Source: an uncultured Alphaproteobacteria bacterium
Lineage (GTDB): Bacteria > Pseudomonadota > Alphaproteobacteria > Rhizobiales > Hyphomicrobiaceae
Direction: 5' to 3'
Assembly (NCBI GenBank): GCA_963756175.1
Contig: CAVWMR010000004.1
Coordinates: 174,637-238,636 of the forward strand
DNA length: 64,000 bases
This document shows positions 61,830 to 64,000 of the stretch, in pieces. Each line of letters starts with the position of its first letter. Position 1 is the first letter of the stretch. The translations under genes and the position numbers were made by a program. A model generated the notes under the pieces. The model was given only the letters and a program-made list of their open reading frames with translations. It did not search any database and was not told the DNA's origin.

Positions 61830-63515
61830 TCAGTCGATACTAGGTGCAAGTTTGCCGTTCGCTCGGTCGGCGGATCGCGCATCGTCGCTACGTGCGGCCG
61901 CCGGTCCATAGCCGCCTGCGCCCGCGGTCTCGATGATCAGTTTGTCGCCCGGCGAAAGTTGCGTCACGATTTTGGATTGTATCGTCTCGCTGGAACCATC
62001 CCGCCGCGCGATCCATGATTTCGCGACCGTACCGGCCGCACCGCCCGCGGCGCCCTGCGCCGGAACGAAGTGGCGTTCCCCGCGGTGCGAGAAGGACAGC
62101 GATCCTTCGATTTCGTCGAGCACCTCGTATTCCTTGATCTGCCCGAGACCGCCGCGCCAGGTGCCGTCGCCCCCCGAGCCGGCGCGGAGCGTCCAGCGAT
62201 TAACCCGGATCGGTGCTTCCAGCTCCATCGCCTCGGCCGGCAAATTCATACAGTTGGTGGCGTCGGTCTCGATCGCATCGACGCCATCGAAGCCGTTCCC
62301 AGCGCCGCTGCCGCCAGCCAACAGTTCACCCGTCACGAAGTTCTCGCCACCCCGTCGGCGACCACCAAATGCCATCACCAGGAGTTGGCCGGCACTCGGC
62401 GCCGGAACCCGCTCGGGTGCGGCGCCCGCCAGCGCCGCCAGCATGCAGCCGGTGATCCGCTTGATGGTCGCGGTGCGCGCATTGACCGGCGCCGGCGCGC
62501 GGGGATCGACAAGGCTCGCCGGCGGCAGGCGCAGGGAAATGGGGCGGAAGCATCCGCCATTGTTGGGGATCATCGGATCGGTAATGGCGCGAACGGCAAA
62601 GCAGGCGGCCGCGAGGCTGCCCGATGGCACGCAATTGACCGGACCTTTGACTTGGCCGCTGGTCCCCGTCAGGTCGAATGAAACGGTGCCGTCACCCGGC
62701 AGCGTGACGGCGACTTCCACTCTTATCCTGCGGTCGAGATCGATACCGTCGTTGTCGAGATAGTCGACGTGCCGCCACGTACCTTGCGGTAGCAGCTTCA
62801 GCGCCGCGCGCGTCATCGCCTCCGAACGATCGAGCAACAGGCGGAACGCGGTCAGCAGCGTTTCATCACCGAGACGATCGGCCGTCTCGCGCAGCCGCAC
62901 GCCGGCAATCTTGCAAGCAGCCACCTGCGCATTGAGGTCGCCGATGAAGATGTCGGGGATCCTTACGTTCTGGCGAAGGATTCGCGTCAAGGTCTCGTCG
63001 AACACGCCCTCGCGTGCCCACTGCACGGCCGGGATGCGAATGCCTTCCTGAAAGATCTCCGTCGAGTTGGTCGGCACCGATCCCGCCGATTTACCACCGA
63101 CGTCCTGATGATGCGTCATGGTCGCGGCGATCGCCAACGGTCCGGCGGCGCCGAACACCGGCATAACAACGGCGAAGTCCGGGAGGTGCGTGCCGCCGCA
63201 ATAGGGATCGTTAAGAATGTAGGTGTCGCCTGGTTTCATCGACGCGACAGGAAAGACGCGAAGGATCTCGGCAACCGCTGGAATGAGCGTGCCGAGATGG
63301 ATCGGAATGGCGCAGGCCTGAGCTAGTGTCGTGCCGTCGAGCGTGAAGATCGATGCCGACGCGTCGAGGCCCTCCTTGACGATCGGCGAGCACGAACTCT
63401 TCAGCAGCGCCGTCTCCATTTCCTCGGCGATACAGTCGAGCCGGTGGCGAAGCACCTCCAGGGTCACCGGATCAAAGGCTTCCTGGCTGCCATCCACCTT
63501 CGCGTGTCCCGACAT
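61830..63515 (-). CDS. hyuB: Hydantoinase B / 5-oxoprolinase B-family protein (HyuB)
   Basis: MSGHAKVDGSQEAFDPVTLEVLRHRLDCIAEEME... and DPYCGGTHLPD. Confidence 0.85.
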   Translation of the reverse strand: MSGHAKVDGSQEAFDPVTLEVLRHRLDCIAEEMETALLKSSCSPIVKEGLDASASIFTLDGTTLAQACAIPIHLGTLIPAVAEILRVFPVASMKPGDTYILNDPYCGGTHLPDFAVVMPVFGAAGPLAIAATMTHHQDVGGKSAGSVPTNSTEIFQEGIRIPAVQWAREGVFDETLTRILRQNVRIPDIFIGDLNAQVAACKIAGVRLRETADRLGDETLLTAFRLLLDRSEAMTRAALKLLPQGTWRHVDYLDNDGIDLDRRIRVEVAVTLPGDGTVSFDLTGTSGQVKGPVNCVPSGSLAAACFAVRAITDPMIPNNGGCFRPISLRLPPASLVDPRAPAPVNARTATIKRITGCMLAALAGAAPERVPAPSAGQLLVMAFGGRRRGGENFVTGELLAGGSGAGNGFDGVDAIETDATNCMNLPAEAMELEAPIRVNRWTLRAGSGGDGTWRGGLGQIKEYEVLDEIEGSLSFSHRGERHFVPAQGAAGGAAGTVAKSWIARRDGSSETIQSKIVTQLSPGDKLIIETAGAGGYGPAAARSDDARSADRANGKLAPSID

Positions 63516-64000
63516 CAGGTGCGCTCCATGAGCAAGGCCCCACTCGCCAGAACGCGCGCCGACCAAGTCGGGGGCACGAGCGTCGTCGAATCGCTCTGTC
63601 CGATGATCGCGGGTCCAACGATACGATCGCCATTCTTGAGCGCCGACCGCTGATAGATTGCAGTCTCCGTCGACACGGTGCTTCCGGCAAACCGCACATT
63701 GCGCACACGCTCGCGCGTCGGCTCCGGCGCCTGTGCGGCTGGGCGATCAATCGAACTTCCCGCCAACAGCGCAGAATGGACGACCCGCAGATTGACGATC
63801 TTGGCCGGCGCCCCGGTTTTGTGGCCATTGAGTTGCGTGTGCTTCAACTCGAAGTCGGCGTAGAGACGCGACAGCGCATCGTCCTCGCCATCGGCCAGCG
63901 GTACTTCGATGAAATGACTCTGGCCGACGTAGCCGACATCGGCGAAGGCCGTTCGATGGCGCTGAAGCCCTTCGACGGCTTCCTGTCCCATCAGATCGTC
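63515..64000 (-). CDS. hyuA: Hydantoinase A / 5-oxoprolinase A-family protein (HyuA); only the C-terminal part is present, and the gene continues past the window end
   Basis: C-terminal 158 aa of a hydantoinase-A-like protein. Its stop overlaps the hyuB start (ATGA). Confidence 0.8.
   Translation of the reverse strand, partial: DDLMGQEAVEGLQRHRTAFADVGYVGQSHFIEVPLADGEDDALSRLYADFELKHTQLNGHKTGAPAKIVNLRVVHSALLAGSSIDRPAAQAPEPTRERVRNVRFAGSTVSTETAIYQRSALKNGDRIVGPAIIGQSDSTTLVPPTWSARVLASGALLMERT

Noticed and set aside
1-64000. CRISPR arrays, tRNA/rRNA genes, integrases, transposases, phage structural genes, toxin-antitoxin pairs
   Set aside because: Nothing of the kind was found. There are no short direct-repeat arrays with unique spacers, no tRNA-like cloverleaf-sized intergenic regions, and no recombinase or transposase motifs in any frame that I could recognise.

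Overview
This 64-kb window is high-GC (about 65%) and most likely comes from an Alphaproteobacteria/Rhizobiales chromosome, with Bradyrhizobium-like gene content; this is inferred from gene content only. The gene content is dominated by catabolic and redox functions, and nothing resembles a prophage, integron, IS element, CRISPR array or known defence system.

Left to right, the window contains:
- a 5' RND (AcrB-type) efflux permease
- an LLM flavin oxidoreductase
- an orphan Dam-like N6-adenine DNA methyltransferase
- an OmpA-domain protein
- an EamA transporter
- a family III CoA-transferase
- cydAB (short, CioAB-like) cytochrome bd oxidase
- a secreted endostatin/C-type-lectin-like protein
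- an amidohydrolase, a cupin, and a two-subunit (IorAB-like) molybdenum hydroxylase
- a dienelactone hydrolase and a GST
- a GrdB-family reductase that looks like a selenoprotein (in-frame UGA plus a SECIS-like hairpin)
- a decayed stretch: isochorismatase, gluconolactonase and MBL hydrolase
- a coxMSL-like molybdenum hydroxylase cluster with coxD (MoxR), coxE (VWA), an amidohydrolase and two SRPBCC genes; the large subunit is naturally split into two translationally coupled ORFs
- a giant repeat-containing flotillin/SPFH protein
- a Tm-1-like pair (UPF0261 plus a PEP-hydrolase-like TIM barrel)
- a LivHMGF-type ABC importer with an AraC regulator and an intact LivK-like binding protein
- a complete, intact Tad/Flp pilus locus: tadE-like x2, flp, cpaB, cpaC, cpaD-like, cpaE, cpaF, tadB, tadC, tadD, tadG-VWA and cpaA
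- a probable N-methylhydantoin/sarcosine catabolic island: sarcosine/dimethylglycine dehydrogenase, a DAO oxidoreductase, TRAP dctPQM, a CN-hydrolase carbamoylase-like gene and hyuB/hyuA

A striking property of the sequence is roughly 30 single-base frameshifts. They are concentrated in three blocks (about 19.8-24.4 kb, 28.6-40.0 kb and 59.8-61.6 kb), while two blocks of about 11 kb and 20 kb, including the whole tad locus, are completely intact.
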